Source: Lama guanicoe (lineage: Eukaryota). From it: a DNA stretch of 64,000 nucleotides. The notes under the pieces were generated by a model. That model was given only the letters and a program-made list of their open reading frames with translations. It was not told where the DNA came from and searched no databases. Positions 28,401-39,719 of this stretch are shown here, piece by piece. Within the stretch, counting starts at the first letter, position 1. Each line of letters starts with the position of its first letter. Position numbers and translations under genes: made by a program. Location of the stretch: assembly GCA_013239625.1 (NCBI GenBank), contig MU054338.1:4551371-4615370 (forward strand), in the 5' to 3' direction.

Positions 28401-31400
28401 TGGTGAGGGTAATCTTTCTTAGTCTACTGCTTAAAATGCTAATCTCTTCTGGAAACAGCCTCACAGACACAACCAGAAATAATGTTTTACCAGCTATCTG
28501 GACATCCCTTAGCCCAGTCAAGCTGGCCCATAAAATTGACCATCATATCCACCCTAAAGGCTAGGTCAATAGAGTATTTATTTACTACCCTTGCCTATTA
28601 TGGATTTGAGGACTGCTTCATTTCTTGGCACTTCTGGCCTGCCCCATGCATGGGAAAAGCAAATTTCAATGGCCAGTGAATGCCCCCAGAAAATGTACTG
28701 CCTCCAGGCAAAATGTCACAGGTGCTAGAACTGAAATTCCAAACCAGCATCCAGGAAATAACAAGTGCCGAGAATATAATCAGGTACAGACCACATCAGC
28801 TCCACATCCCTAACTCTTGCCTCTCTTCCAGGTGCTGTGCTCCGTCATTGCAGGTGTGCTGCACTACCTCTACTTGGCCTCCTTCACCTGGATGCTCCTT
28901 GAAGGGCTCCACCTCTTCCTCACTGTCAGGAACCTCAAGGTGGCCAACTACACCAACGCAGGCAGATTCAAGAAGAGGTTCATGTACCTTTTCGGCTACG
29001 GGCTCCCAGCTCTGATTGTGGCTGTATCTGCAATAGTAGGACACAAAAATTATGGAACGTATACTCAGTAAGCAAGATGAATTCGTTTATGGTGGAAGTG
29101 GTGTCCATGGCTAATGCATAATCCAAAACAATTTTTTTAAAATAGATTTTCCAATTATGAATTATATTTCCAACTAGTCTTTCCTTAAGCCTGAATTCTA
29201 TTTTCTCTTGGAAATCCCTAGAGCAATATTTCTCAGCATCTTTGGGTTGGATCCTTTTGAGAATTTTGGTGAAATCCAGAGGCTATTTCCCCAGACAAAT
29301 GTATGTACACACTAAATGTTGAAATATAACTTTGGGAAATTCAGGGATGAAAAAAGCAAATCCATGACCCCACATTAAGAACCTGTGAGCTCTATGTTTT
29401 GTAGGATTCTGAACGAGTAGGTTGAATAGGTTGAGGTGAATCTCCAAAATATACAGAATAACAAAGTCTTGTGAGGCATCAGAGATAGTGCTTCCTGTCG
29501 GCAGTGTCTCATCTCATTCTCTTCATTATCTTACAAAGTTGTCACTGCTCATTATCTCATGCACAGGAAATCTAGAGCTTAGTGTAACTATTCAAGCTAA
29601 AAAGAGAGTAAGTCAGAATTCCCAAGGCAGCGTTCTGCAGGGCAATGTTTTGCTGCTTCACTAAAGAAGTTTTCAAAGCTCCACAAAGTTAGTTGAAGAG
29701 GTTAGTATTTTGGTAATGAGGCTTGAGTTCGGAAACAGGTATGCCTGTGCTAAAACATGTGTGAGAATGTCCCTCTGTAAGTCCAAGAGATGCCCTGTCT
29801 CCAGCTTAAACCCTCTGTCTAGCCAGATGATTCTGGCGATATAACGATGGGGTAGATCAGGGGTTGGCAAACTTTCTATAAACGGCCAGATGGCAACTAT
29901 TTTTGTTTTGCAAACCATTTGTGGCAATTACTCAACATTGCCCTTGTAGTGTGAAAGCATCCAAGTCATAGACAATAGGTGAATGAATGGGTGTGGCTGT
30001 GATTCAATAAAATTTTATTTACAAAAACAAGGGGTGGACTGAATTTGGCTTGTGGGCCATTGTTTGCAACTCTTGGAATATGTCTAAGTGTGGGAGGTTT
30101 TCTGCTGACTAAGTGTTGGCAATTGCTTGTTACTTTTACCAGCTTCATACCACTATGTCCCCTTTCAGAATAAATTATACCACCTTTGCAAACATAAACC
30201 ATGATAGAATACAAAATATTTGGTGACTAGAATACTTGGTACGTGGACTATGCTTAATTATTAGTGTTGATAGTTTTTTGTAGCTGTCATTTGTTATTTT
30301 TACTCTTTTTTATTTTAGCAATCATTTATTATTAAGATACCTGCATTTATTGATCTTTAACTCTGCCAGGAACTGTACTCAAAAACTGTATGAACATTCT
30401 CTCACTTAATCTTTCCAACAAGACCTATATGAGAAAAACTTTGATAAAAGAAATCAAAGAAGATTCAAATAAATGAAGAGATAGTCTATGTTCATGGATA
30501 GGAGGACTCAATTTTGTCAAGAAGTCAGTTTTTCCCAACTTGATATGTAGATTTAATGTGTTCCAAATCAAAATCCCAGAAAACTATTTTGCAGATATTG
30601 ACAAACTGATGCTCATGTTTACGTGGAAAGGCAGATGACTCAGAATAGCTAACACAATGTTGAAGGAGAGAAACAGAGTCAGAGACCTGATACTTTCTGA
30701 CTTAAAGGCTTGGTATATAACCATGGTAATTATTTTATCTTCCCAATACTTCTGGGGAAACTGAGGCTCAAAGCATACAGCTTGTATGAGACGAGGATCT
30801 ATGTCTAATCCCATGGAAAATCCAAGTCTGAAATAAACAGCTGGACGTACTGCTCAGATATCACTACAGGAGCCTGAATTCAAGTCCTTTGCTGTCTCCT
30901 AAGGAGTAAGCAGCTAATGCTTATCTTTCTCTCAACAGCTGCTGGCTCAAGCTTGATAAAGGGTTCATCTGGAGCTTCATGGGGCCAGTGGCCCTCATTA
31001 TCTTGGTAGGTGACCAGTGATATTTACTGGTGTGTCCGCCCTGGGTCAGCCAAGCGTAGAGGGTGTTTCTTATCTGTGAAGGTGGAAATGAGATGAAGAT
31101 AAGGGAATATAGCTTAATGTGATCAACCCCTCTTACTGGAAATACTGTCTTCACATGTCTTTCCTCCTCTTCCCCCAGCCCACTGGTTACTTTGATATAA
31201 TATAACCCTCTGAAAGGGATTCTTTCAAAAATCTGGTATTTGTTCATTTAACAAAATTTAGTAATACTTACTCTACATAGAGTGATGTTGTTCTGTCTGC
31301 CGGGAGCTTTCTGATTTCATCTGTTGTCCTGGTGTAAGTATGAATAGCATCCTTTTACTCTCAGGGCGTCCTGGCTTGAGTGACAGGTATGTCGTTCTCA

Positions 31401-34400
31401 TCATCCACCGAGGGCCACAGGTTATATGCGTGTGCTGTACCCAAGACCAGAGCCTGTGTCCATATCATCCTTATGAAGCCTGCATCTTTTGGGAAAAGAT
31501 TCTTAGGTTTACCTAAAGTTGGGTTGCATGACAAGGATTTAAAAGAAAATTCCATGTCAATTTTCCATGCTGTTTCTACAGATAAACTTGGTGTTCTACT
31601 TCCAAGTTCTGTGGATTTTGAGAAGCAAACTTTCCTCCCTCAATAAAGAGGTTTCCACCATTCAGGACACCAGGTAAGATGGTACCAGAACCAGTGGCAT
31701 CCACAACATTTTTTTTTCCTACAGGACCACACTGTCTGGGAAAGGAAAGCCTATATAAAAATATGATATGAAAGTTCCTAGTACTAGAGAAAGAGTATAT
31801 GAGGGCCAACTTATCGAGGAAATAAAAACTATAATTTTCAGTTAACTTAATGTACAACATCATCTCTTTAGTCAACAAACCCTGCATTGGGTGCCTCCTC
31901 TGTGTTGTGTACTCTTCATATGAAATTAATGCCCAGAGCACTGAGAAAATACTTCATATGACATGCCCAGAGTATTAGCTTTCTCCCTCCGGAGAGTTTA
32001 CCCCCTTCTGCTCTCCATTCTCCTTGGTTGTAGTAACTCAGTTCTTACCAATCATGATTTAAAGGATTAAAAATAGTGCTGACAACTATATGAAACTAGG
32101 AACTTAGATGCTGGGCATTTATCAATATTATTTCACTGCATGCTCACAGCTCACACCTATGTGTGGGCACCACTAATATCCTTATTGATAGGAGGAGCAA
32201 ATTCTGCACCTTGCTCAAGGGCAGGTAAGACTGTTGCATTACAGAGTCACATGGACAAGACTTAAAGGAATATCTGCTCAATTTCAGATCCTGGCTTTGA
32301 TTTCACCTACTTAACAGATCAACCTAATGTTAATCTCTTAGCCTCGGGGTCTTCCATCCTGGAGAGAGAGGGCGTCACCTTTCTTCATGTTTCCTCCTCC
32401 CTCTATACATCTGTGGATGAATGCAGGGTCATACACGTGCACACACACACTCACATTCACACACACTCACACACACACACACACACACACATCAGCTCTC
32501 CCAGTCTCCATCAACAATACCACTCCATTTCACAAAACACATGGTTTTTTTTTGAAGAAACCCAATACTATATTATATTCTGGTCATGATACTATCATCA
32601 TCTAAAATTTTCAATAGAAATTTCTAGAAAGCCCTTTCCACGAATATTCCGATAGGTCAAGGCAAAAGGCTTTGCAGAGAAATCATTTCCAAGAGAAGAA
32701 GAAAGCATTATTCCCAGAGGCAGGGATTAGAAACATGGGTTCTACTTTCTTCAAGTTGCATGACTTTAAGTCACTTCGCCACATGAGGTTGCGAGGTTTA
32801 ATGAAGGCAATGTGTGCGAAGCATCTGGCATGGTGCGCAATATGTAGTGACAGTGATAAATGAAAGTTATTGTCATTCTTTTTCTTCCCTTCTCAGAGCC
32901 ATGACATTTAAAGCCATTGCTCAGCTATTTATCCTGGGCTGTTCTTGGGGCCTTGGTTATTTTATGGTTGAAGAAATTGGGAAGACATTGGAATCGGTCA
33001 TTGCCTACGCCTTCACCGTCATCAATATCCTGCAAGGAGTTCTGCTCTTCGTGGTATACTGTCTCCTTAATCGCCAGGTAAGGCAGATTATTTTTTGTGT
33101 CTCACCAGCCTCATCCCAGAGTCTTCTTGACTTCTTGTTCATATTCTTGCTGTTCTCTGACCTTTTGTATTTGTATTTCTGGTGTTGCCTTGATTCTGGG
33201 AAGAGAGTTTAGGAGCACATGCTCAGGTAGGCCATCTGCTCTGAGTCTCATCCATTCAGAATCTTAACATATCTCTTAAGAGTGTGCAGTGTCTGCTGGC
33301 GTTGCCATAACAAAATACCATAGACTGCCATAGTGACTCAGACAACAGAAATTTATCTCCTCACAGTTCTGGAGGGTCGACGCCTGAGATCAGGGTCCCA
33401 GTACATTTGGGTTCTGGTGAGGACTCTTCTTTGTAGATGGTCACTTTCTTCATGTATCTTCATGTGGGAGTGGAATGAGAGTGAGCTTTTGTGTCTCTTC
33501 TTATAAGGACACTAATCCTGTTGGATCAGGGCTCAACCTTTATGACCTCATTTAACCTCAGTTACTTCCATAAAGGTCGTATCTCCAAATATTGTCATGT
33601 TGAGGGGTTAGGGCTTTCACATATAAATTTCAGGGGGGACACATTCAGTTCATAGCAGAGCATGTATCAGTCTGGATAAGGTAGATTATGCTGCAGTAAC
33701 AAACAGCCCCTCCATCTCTAATTTCAGTGGCATACAACAACAAAGGTTTATTTCTTGCTCATGTTCATAGCTATGGCTTGATCTATATTGTCTTCACACT
33801 GTGATAGAGGCTGAAGGGGCAGCCCCTATTTAGAACATTGGTGTTCTCATAGCGAATGGAAAGGAGATTGTGGCAAAGCACAGCTTAGCTCTCTTTCATT
33901 GGCCAAAACAATTCACATGGCCATTCCCGGATTCACCAGAGAGAGGCTGAATAACTCTCCTGCAGTCAGGTGCGCTATCAGAGGGACACTGGAATATTTG
34001 GCATAATCTACTACAAACTCAGAAAGATTTCATTTCTAATCCCAGTATTTCCACTTACTGGGTTGCTATGTGACTCTACACAGGTTCCTTACTCTCTTTG
34101 AGCCTCAGTTTTCTCATCTGCAAATACGGCACTACATACCTTGATGGAGAATTAAATGAGATAATGTAATATAAATCTCCTAGAAGTTTGTGGTCCACAT
34201 TAAGTTCTCAGTGAGGGCCATTGTAATTTTACTCTTTATAAAATAAAGATTGGGAATAGTTTTCCTGGTTCCCACCCGCCTCCTTTTGCTATTGAGTGGA
34301 GCTACCAGCAATTCAGATGCTGGTAACAAAAAGACCATCTTAACACATCATTAATTTCTATTTCATCTTTTAGTTTCTTTTTAATGCTTGGGCCTCCTCA

Positions 34401-36893
34401 CACACAGAAGAAGTAAAATACAACTTAAGTGTCCTGGTGAATTAATGTCGAGTAAGAAATATTTAGATGTATTTTAAATAATATGTTAATGAAGTTAAAC
34501 GGAGGCCATTCATGGAACCAGTGGGTGATCTAGTGTCAGGGCTCTGCGTAAGAATGACGAGGTTTTGCAGGCTGGCTATGTGACCTTAGACAAGTCAGTT
34601 TACCTCCAAGAACCTCAAATTCTTCATCTTTAACTGGGAGTAAGAAAAGTACCTTTCTCATTGGATTTATGCAAGTGTTAAATGACATATTGGGTATAAA
34701 GTGCATCAAACGTAGCTAGTGTTCAATAAAGGATGACCTTCATCATTGCCATCACCACCACCCCCCCACCAGCATCTTCATGATCATCATCCTTATGACC
34801 ATAATTCCCTTCATCATTACTGCCACCACCACCACCATCAACAACACCATCAACATCCTGATTATCGCCGTATATAGAATCCTTATAGAGCCTGTCATTT
34901 AGTAAACACCTCTTCAACAGCCAAGGAAGTTGAATTTAAATCAAATGAATCAACATGAGCAGGGCCAGGATTATGCAGAGAACCAATGGAAAGGCAGTAG
35001 AGAGCAGGGCTTGGCCTCTATGCCTTCAGTTTCTTATCTGGGAGTCCTTCCTCCCACACCAAGCTCTGCATGTAACACGAGCCTCTGTATCCCTTAGGTG
35101 CGAATGGAATTCCAGAAATGGCTTAGAGGGCTGCGGAAAGAGGCCGAAACTGAAAGCACTGAGGTATCTCACGTCACCACCCACACCAAAACGGTATGAT
35201 GTGCTCTCCTGCAATGCCGTGCACCTGTCTGGGCCCAACATCTTGTCTTAGTCTTTAAAGCGTTTTGGTCAGTCTCCTCTCCCTGTAAGTTTCATCGTTT
35301 TGGCCACTGTTGTTTCCTTTCCGCCTAGATAATGCCCGGCCAGTGGAAATTGCTCACTTAATCTGAATATCTAAATTCCTTGCGTAAGGTTGGGGAAACA
35401 GAAGCTGGGAAAGCTCAAGCGACTTGCTCAGAGCAGCTCAGCGGTCAGAGGGATTCAAAGTCAGATCTGTTTTCTCCCAAAAGTTGGCGGCTTTCCTTGG
35501 TTGTCACCAGTTGTTCATTTCTTCAGATGGTCAGCGCATTTAGGGACAAGCTGTTCATGGGACACACAGTTTCACACTGAGGATAATTCTGTTTAGTGGC
35601 TACTGACTGTCCTAAAATTATTCTGTTTCCACACTAAATGCCACTGGTCATGCCTTGTCGAGAATCACCAACAGTCAAAGGGTATGTCAACTCAAACTGT
35701 GTGAATGAACTGTCTCTACAACAGTGGTCGCCAAAAACATGTCACATGGATTCTGGGGTTCACCAAATCTGAGTTCGAATCTTGGCTCTTTTGTATTCTC
35801 CTGGTAGATGCCTAGGAAGCAGCTTAACCTCTCTGAGCCTCAATTCACTTGTCATTGAAATGTCTGATTGGTTGGGGATCAAAATAATGTCTCTGGGATG
35901 TGAGGGCGATCTGGCTGCAACATCTGTCACCCCGTGGATCGCCAGGTTTGATTCGGTTGATCTGGCTGGCTAGGCAGGTGTCCCCTTCCTCCCTCGCCGC
36001 TCCATGTGCGTGCCTCCTGAAGCTGCCAGCGCTCGGTCAAAGAGGACCACCATCCTCGATAGAGGAGGCCCGTTCTTCTTGGTCAAGGGCACACGAGTAG
36101 CTGCCCTCCCTTGCTGGACCCTCCAAACAAGCTCCCAAAATAATGTACCTGGAAACACTTCGCTGCTGAACGGCATCAGCACCACTTTTTATTAATTCCA
36201 AGTGATCAAGAGTCAACTATGTAGAAGGTCCTGGGCAATAATCATAATCCTGTATCTTTGGGCAACACTTTACATTCTGAAAAGCGTGTAGTCAGTCTTA
36301 TGGTTGTCATTAATCCTCCACTGTGTTTAAGTGATCCATCACTGCTGTGTTTAAATGGAACCCAAGTGCCCAGGTTCCAATCCCAACTCCACCACCTCTA
36401 GGCTGTGTGACCTTGCACGTGCCACTTAGCATCTTTGAGCCTCAGTTTCTTCATCTGTAAAATGGGAATAATCATGGTATCTTTCTCATCATGAGAATTA
36501 AATGAGGTTATATATGTTAAGTGCTTAGAAGGCTGTCTGCCACACAGCAAAGACAGGAAAGGTTTGTGAAAAGATAAAGTAATATAAAATTTTAAAAACC
36601 CCATCATAGGTGGTGTTTGAGGGGTGGAGGGGAGGCTGTAGAGTCAGATATTAGGGCCTCATTCCTGAGCTTTGGACCTTAGAGAAATTCTGACTTATCT
36701 CCAGGCATGCTAGAGTTTTTGGTTAATTTCTGAGGTGTTCATTTCTCTTCAACGTTTTCTGCATTTTGTTTTCCCCAAGCAAGAAAAACTGGACAAGTCA
36801 TCGGAGCTCTTCTGTGGGAGAGACCCTGCGTCTGTCCAACCGCAGCCTAGAACTCATGTTGTGACTGTTTATTGGCAAAAAACAGAAAGTTGA
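12879..36893 (+). CDS. ADGRE4: Adhesion G protein-coupled receptor E4 (EMR4/FIRE), 16 coding exons, 657 aa, apparently intact
   Basis: Manually spliced exons (31+51+120+153+41+136+108+185+168+195+236+67+92+181+96+114 = 1974 nt) give one open frame with GT-AG introns and matching phases. Architecture is signal peptide, 2 EGF, stalk, GPS ([22 protein letters not shown]), 7TM. Peptides such as [44 protein letters not shown] and [16 protein letters not shown] match EMR4 as I recall it. Confidence 0.93.
13787..13837 (+). CDS. ADGRE4: ADGRE4 exon 2, signal peptide ([17 protein letters not shown])
   Basis: Acceptor ccctctctgttccag, donor GTGAGT, 51 nt, phase 1-1, hydrophobic core. Confidence 0.85.
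14500..15190 (-). mobile_element. L1 3' end, antisense
   Basis: aaatttaccattttaacc...gtaagtggaatc...ggaactgctggatc.catggtaattct. Confidence 0.85.
15598..15717 (+). CDS. ADGRE4: ADGRE4 exon 3, EGF-like domain 1
   Basis: [40 protein letters not shown]; 6 Cys; attgcag / GTAAAA; 120 nt, phase 1-1. Confidence 0.95.
16410..16550 (-). mobile_element. Vic-1-like SINE with (GATT)n-expanded tail
   Basis: ggagattgaacccaggacc...tgctaagcac...ccactgagctacaccctcccc. Confidence 0.9.
16555..17270 (-). mobile_element. L1 3' fragments, antisense, interrupted by a Vic-1-like SINE (about 16990-17110)
   Basis: Two L1 3' ends plus SINE head ggggattgaacccaggacctcatgcatgctaggc. Confidence 0.8.
17814..17966 (+). 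CDS. ADGRE4: ADGRE4 exon 4, calcium-binding EGF domain 2
   Basis: [29 protein letters not shown]...NCY with cbEGF consensus; cacag / GTAAGA; 153 nt. Confidence 0.95.
18657..18873. mobile_element. Tigger-family (TcMar) MITE nested in an MLT LTR (about 18590-19370)
   Basis: TIRs cagttgaatcttgaacaa / ttgttcaagggtcaactg, flanked by TA on both sides. Confidence 0.85.
19390..19830 (+). mobile_element. MLT1-type LTR
   Basis: tgtaatgggtggaat...gtctttgcaga...ggactttcagcctccaga...ttttaagccaccc.gtctgtg. Confidence 0.75.
19995..20140 (+). mobile_element. Vic-1-like SINE
   Basis: ggggagggtttag...gtagagcgcatgcttagc...aaacctaatta.ctcc.cccccaaaa. Confidence 0.9.
20663..20703 (+). CDS. ADGRE4: ADGRE4 exon 5, short linker ([14 protein letters not shown])
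   Basis: tttctttcccag / GTGAGT; 41 nt, phase 1-0, needed to join the exon 4 and exon 6 frames. Confidence 0.85.
20820..21005. mobile_element. MER20 (hAT) element; further copies near 52830-53010 and 55495-55670
   Basis: ggggaca..tggcaatgtctgg.ga.atttt..gttgtcacaact...ggatgctg.taaacatcctacaatgc. Confidence 0.8.
21340..21475 (+). CDS. ADGRE4: ADGRE4 exon 6, stalk/GAIN ([45 protein letters not shown])
   Basis: ttttttctttgaaag / GTAAGA; 136 nt, phase 0-1. Confidence 0.9.
22317..22424 (+). CDS. ADGRE4: ADGRE4 exon 7, GAIN ([36 protein letters not shown])
   Basis: ttttcag / GTACTG; 108 nt, phase 1-1. Confidence 0.93.
22803..23025. mobile_element. MER58-type (hAT-Charlie) element; further copies near 28195-28275, 29858-30075 and 58645-58870
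   Basis: caggttggcaaact...ccaataaaactt...gtttgccg.cccctg. Confidence 0.8.
24072..24256 (+). CDS. ADGRE4: ADGRE4 exon 8, GAIN ([20 protein letters not shown]...VFLTFQHTQ)
   Basis: cattttctcag / GTGAGC; 185 nt, phase 1-0; missed by the ORF track. Confidence 0.93.
24819..24986 (+). CDS. ADGRE4: ADGRE4 exon 9, GPS autoproteolysis motif and tethered agonist ([11 protein letters not shown])
   Basis: ctttccag / GTACCA; 168 nt; C-x2-W...W-x4-C...C-x-C-x-H-L-S motif, HLS codons at 24945-24953. Confidence 0.96.
25845..26680. mobile_element. MER33-like hAT element with nested L1 3' piece (about 26140-26300) and Vic-1-like SINE (about 26496-26635, minus strand)
   Basis: cacatgtggctattgaacacttgaaatgtg...atgtggctcac..ctattggaca. 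Confidence 0.7.
26871..27065 (+). CDS. ADGRE4: ADGRE4 exon 10, TM1-TM2
   Basis: [65 protein letters not shown]; catag / GTAGGT; 195 nt. Confidence 0.96.
28832..29067 (+). CDS. ADGRE4: ADGRE4 exon 11, TM3-TM4
   Basis: [29 protein letters not shown]...[13 protein letters not shown]; ttccag / GTAAGC; 236 nt, phase 0-2. Confidence 0.96.
30430..30730 (+). mobile_element. L1 ORF2 internal fragment
   Basis: aaagaaatcaaagaaga...tgttcatggataggaggactcaat...cagatattgacaaactgat. Confidence 0.8.
30939..31005 (+). CDS. ADGRE4: ADGRE4 exon 12, ECL2-TM5 ([23 protein letters not shown])
   Basis: ctctcaacag / GTAGGT; 67 nt, phase 2-0; CWL motif. Confidence 0.95.
31582..31673 (+). CDS. ADGRE4: ADGRE4 exon 13, TM5-ICL3 ([31 protein letters not shown])
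   Basis: tttctacag / GTAAGA; 92 nt, phase 0-2. Confidence 0.95.
32438..32490. repeat. (CA)n microsatellite
   Basis: Direct inspection. Confidence 0.9.
32897..33077 (+). CDS. ADGRE4: ADGRE4 exon 14, TM6-TM7
   Basis: [22 protein letters not shown]...[22 protein letters not shown]; ttctcag / GTAAGG; 181 nt. Confidence 0.96.
33285..33655 (-). mobile_element. MLT1A-type LTR
   Basis: gccataacaaaataccatagact...cacagttctggagg...tataaggacactaatcc. Confidence 0.75.
34740..34860. repeat. (CAT/CAC)n simple repeat
   Basis: Direct inspection. Confidence 0.8.
35098..35193 (+). CDS. ADGRE4: ADGRE4 exon 15, helix 8/C-tail ([32 protein letters not shown])
   Basis: cccttag / GTATGA; 96 nt, phase 0-0. Confidence 0.92.
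36780..36893 (+). CDS. ADGRE4: ADGRE4 probable terminal coding exon ([37 protein letters not shown])
   Basis: Long polypyrimidine tract ending ttccccaag; phase-0 frame open to TGA at 36891-36893. Less certain because the acceptor is AAG and the tail is poorly conserved. Confidence 0.65.
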   Translation, partial: QEKLDKSSELFCGRDPASVQPQPRTHVVTVYWQKTES

Positions 36894-36906
36894 GCGGCGC
36901 GTGGAC

Positions 36907-36921
36907 GACGCCCCCTCGTGG
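36907..36921 (-). promoter_or_regulatory. CTCF-binding-site-like motif
   Basis: Reverse complement CCACGAGGGGGCGTC closely matches the CTCF core; lies in a small CpG-retaining patch. Confidence 0.6.
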
Positions 36922-37689
36922 TCACACATGGATTGAACAAATGACACCATCTACCTACCATTCCCGTGAAAATGACTCCTTCCCTTATTTTGGCTTCTGT
37001 CTCCATAGAGAGGGCACCTAGGAGAATTCTTAGATCCAGAATCTGTATTGTACATCACGTGGAATTAATGCTCAAGGAATCGTTCTTAACCATGAGGGAA
37101 AAATAAGTGGATTTTCTTCTTCCAGCCATCATTACCACTTTGCAGAAGACGAATTGGCTGACATCTGGATTCAACTTACAGGTCCCTCTCTGGCCTCTCT
37201 GTTGCATTCTATGCTCCCAAAGATCTTGCATCACTTGACATTTGCACAATGCAATAATTTCCATAGGGATTCATATTTAAAATGGGGTTGCAGTCTTGCA
37301 ATGCAAAAATACACCACCATCCCCACTTAGGCGTGAATTGTCACCAGGAAGGATTTTGTGGTCAGGTCACGAGACCTTTCCTGTTTTCTTTGCCTGATAA
37401 CTGTTTTGAACCTACCGGATACCCTGGTTAAAGAGAGTTTTGTTTTCTTAGTGTTGTCTCCAACATGTCCTAGTATAAATGTTCCCAAATCAAAGCAGTG
37501 TGGCACGTCACAGCAGTGATTTGATCTCATTTGTTTTGTTTCTATCTGAAATGTTCCTATTTTACTATTATTTTTAACCCCCTTCCTCATTTACTAACAC
37601 TGAGATGCGTGTCCTAATATTTAACCTCCAGTTCTATGGCTTTGATTCAGTTTATTTTTAAGTTTATTTATTTTTCTTTTCTCTCCCTG

Positions 37690-38370
37690 GCTTTTCTTGA
37701 TTGACAAATAAAAATAATGTATATATTTAAGGTGTACAATGTGATGATTAAGGTGCACTGTATATATACATATACATGCTATATATATACACATATATAT
37801 AGTACACTTATATACATAGTAAAATAACCATCATAGTCAAGCCATGATGATCATAGTCAAGCTAAATACCTATCCCCTTAAATAGTTAGCATTTTTTATT
37901 CTTGATGAGAACAATTAAGATCTACTCTCTTAGCAAGTTTCAAGTATACAACACAGTATTGTTAACTATAGTCCCCATATGGTACATTACGCCTCTTGAA
38001 TTCATTCACCTTGCATTAAAAAGTTGAAACTTTACATCCTTTGACCAACATCTCTCCATTTCTCCCCACCCCTCAGCCCCTGGCAACCACCACCCTACTC
38101 TCTGTTTCTGTGATTCGACTGTTTTAGATTCCACGTGTAGGTGAGATCACGCCATGTTTGTCTGTGTCTGGTTTATTTCACTTAGCGCAACGTCCTCTAG
38201 ACTCTTCAACTTGTCATAAATGACAAGAGTTCCTTTTTTAAGGCTGAATCACATTCTCTTGTATATATATTACAGCACGTTTTCTTTATCCATTCACCCA
38301 GGGATGGACACTTAGGTTATATCCATATCTTGGCTATTGTGACTAATGCTGCAATGAACATGGGAGTGTA
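37690..38370 (-). mobile_element. L1MA-type 3' end, antisense
   Basis: aaggtgtacaa..tgatg...ttaagatctactctcttagcaa.tttcaagtataca...ttggctattgtga.taatgctgcaatgaacatggg. Confidence 0.85.
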
Positions 38371-38712
38371 GATCGATATTTTTTGAATCGCCAAGCATGC
38401 AGTGTTGGCATAGCAGTTGCTGGCTTGGCTCCTTAGCACCCCAAATTTGGCAGCAGCCTACCTGCCTGATCCTTATCTCTGGATTCATTGAGTGGCTTAG
38501 GTGATCAGAGAATTCTGCAAAGGAAAGGATGTAGAAGCTGATGGCTTACAGAATCTGGCACTCACGACCCTGCCTTTAATTTGACTTCTCATTGACCCAT
38601 GAATATTACACCAGTGAACAGTGCCCTTCTTGAAACCCCCAAGACTCTTTAAGAAATAGGAAATAAGGCTTCGTAGTTCCCCCTCTGTTATCAGTTAGAA
38701 GCTGGGGGAGCC

Positions 38713-38743
38713 ATGGCCAAGAGTACAAACGTTTTCCTATGTG
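38713..38743 (+). pseudogene. Paralog exon 1 (MAKSTNVFLCG)
   Basis: Strong Kozak gggagccATGg; 31 coding nt then GTGAGC, same length and phase as ADGRE4 exon 1; purine-rich GAAATAGGAAAT at about 38653. Confidence 0.6.
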
Positions 38744-38988
38744 GTGAGCATTAAACGTTTTATTTTCTTTGGTTCTAAGACAGTTACATTGTATTATTCA
38801 AGTAGAGATGGTGCAAAGAGTTCAGATGGAGTTGACTTGTGCTCAACCGCAACTCTGTAATTTAATAGCTGTGTAACTCTGGGGAAATTGCTTTAATCTT
38901 CAAAGTCATACATGGGTGGATATTCATAGACCCTCCTACCCTATGGCTCCCATTCATCCTTTGCTAACACCTCGTTGGGACAATGTAG

Positions 38989-39057
38989 GTCGCTTTGCCC
39001 AGGAGATTTTTCTCCCGTGGCATCTGTGCAGTGGAAGCAATGTCTTCAGCATCCGAT
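38989..39057 (+). pseudogene. Possible paralog exon 2 (GRFAQEIFLPWHLCSGSNVFSIR)
   Basis: Branch-point-like CTAAC upstream, AG/GT ends, 69 nt, phase 1-1; weak polypyrimidine tract. Confidence 0.3.
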
Positions 39058-39164
39058 GTATCACTTTGGAAGTTCTGTGGGTCTCTTCTCTGGGCTCCAT
39101 GGGACTGGGAATCTTCACACATGCCCTTCACCCAAACGCCCATAATGTTAACAACTGAGGGAAC

Positions 39165-39664
39165 TGTCAGTGAAAATAATCAATAAACAGCCTATAATAG
39201 GAATAGAAAAGAATTTTATCTGAGCCAAACTGAGGACTGTAGCCTGGGAGACAGCCTCTCAGAGAACTCTGAGGAACTGCTCCAGAGAAGAATGGTTTTC
39301 AGCATAGTTTTATGTTTTGCCAGAACAAGGAACATCAGACAAGTCAAGGATACATTACTTCAAGGTTTCAAAAAAAACCAGATCAGTATGTACATAGTTG
39401 GCCTTGGTACCTGGAAAGGGAGTCGTATCATCCAGAGTACCAGCCTTGGTGCTTCAGGAAGGAAAGCACTTAATCTTTAATTTTAACGTGGACAGTCTTA
39501 ACTTCTGGTCAATGCACCTTTTTCTTTAATAATAGAAGCAGATGTACATTGTATGTTTGATAGGTCACAAACAAGCTATTCTAGAAAGCACAAAATTCAA
39601 GTTAACACATGTGTGAGCCTGGATGACTTCCCCATACCTTAATATGTGAAGATCTCTTTGATCA
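39165..39664. mobile_element. ERV solo LTR (related copy near 55724-56215)
   Basis: TG...CA termini; shares aaactgaggact..agcc....a..cag.ctctcaga...ctctgagg.actgctc with the copy near 55790. Confidence 0.6.
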
Positions 39665-39719
39665 GAATCCTAGTACAACTCTTAAAACAGGAAATGAACA
39701 TTGATACAATGAAAGCTAT

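Noticed and set aside
31642..31647. AATAAA within ADGRE4 exon 13 as a premature polyA signal
   Set aside because: Explained by the codons for the conserved L-N-K-E; no other support.
37707..37712. AATAAA as the ADGRE4 polyA signal
   Set aside because: It lies at the edge of an antisense L1 3' end; it is possible but cannot be supported without transcript data.
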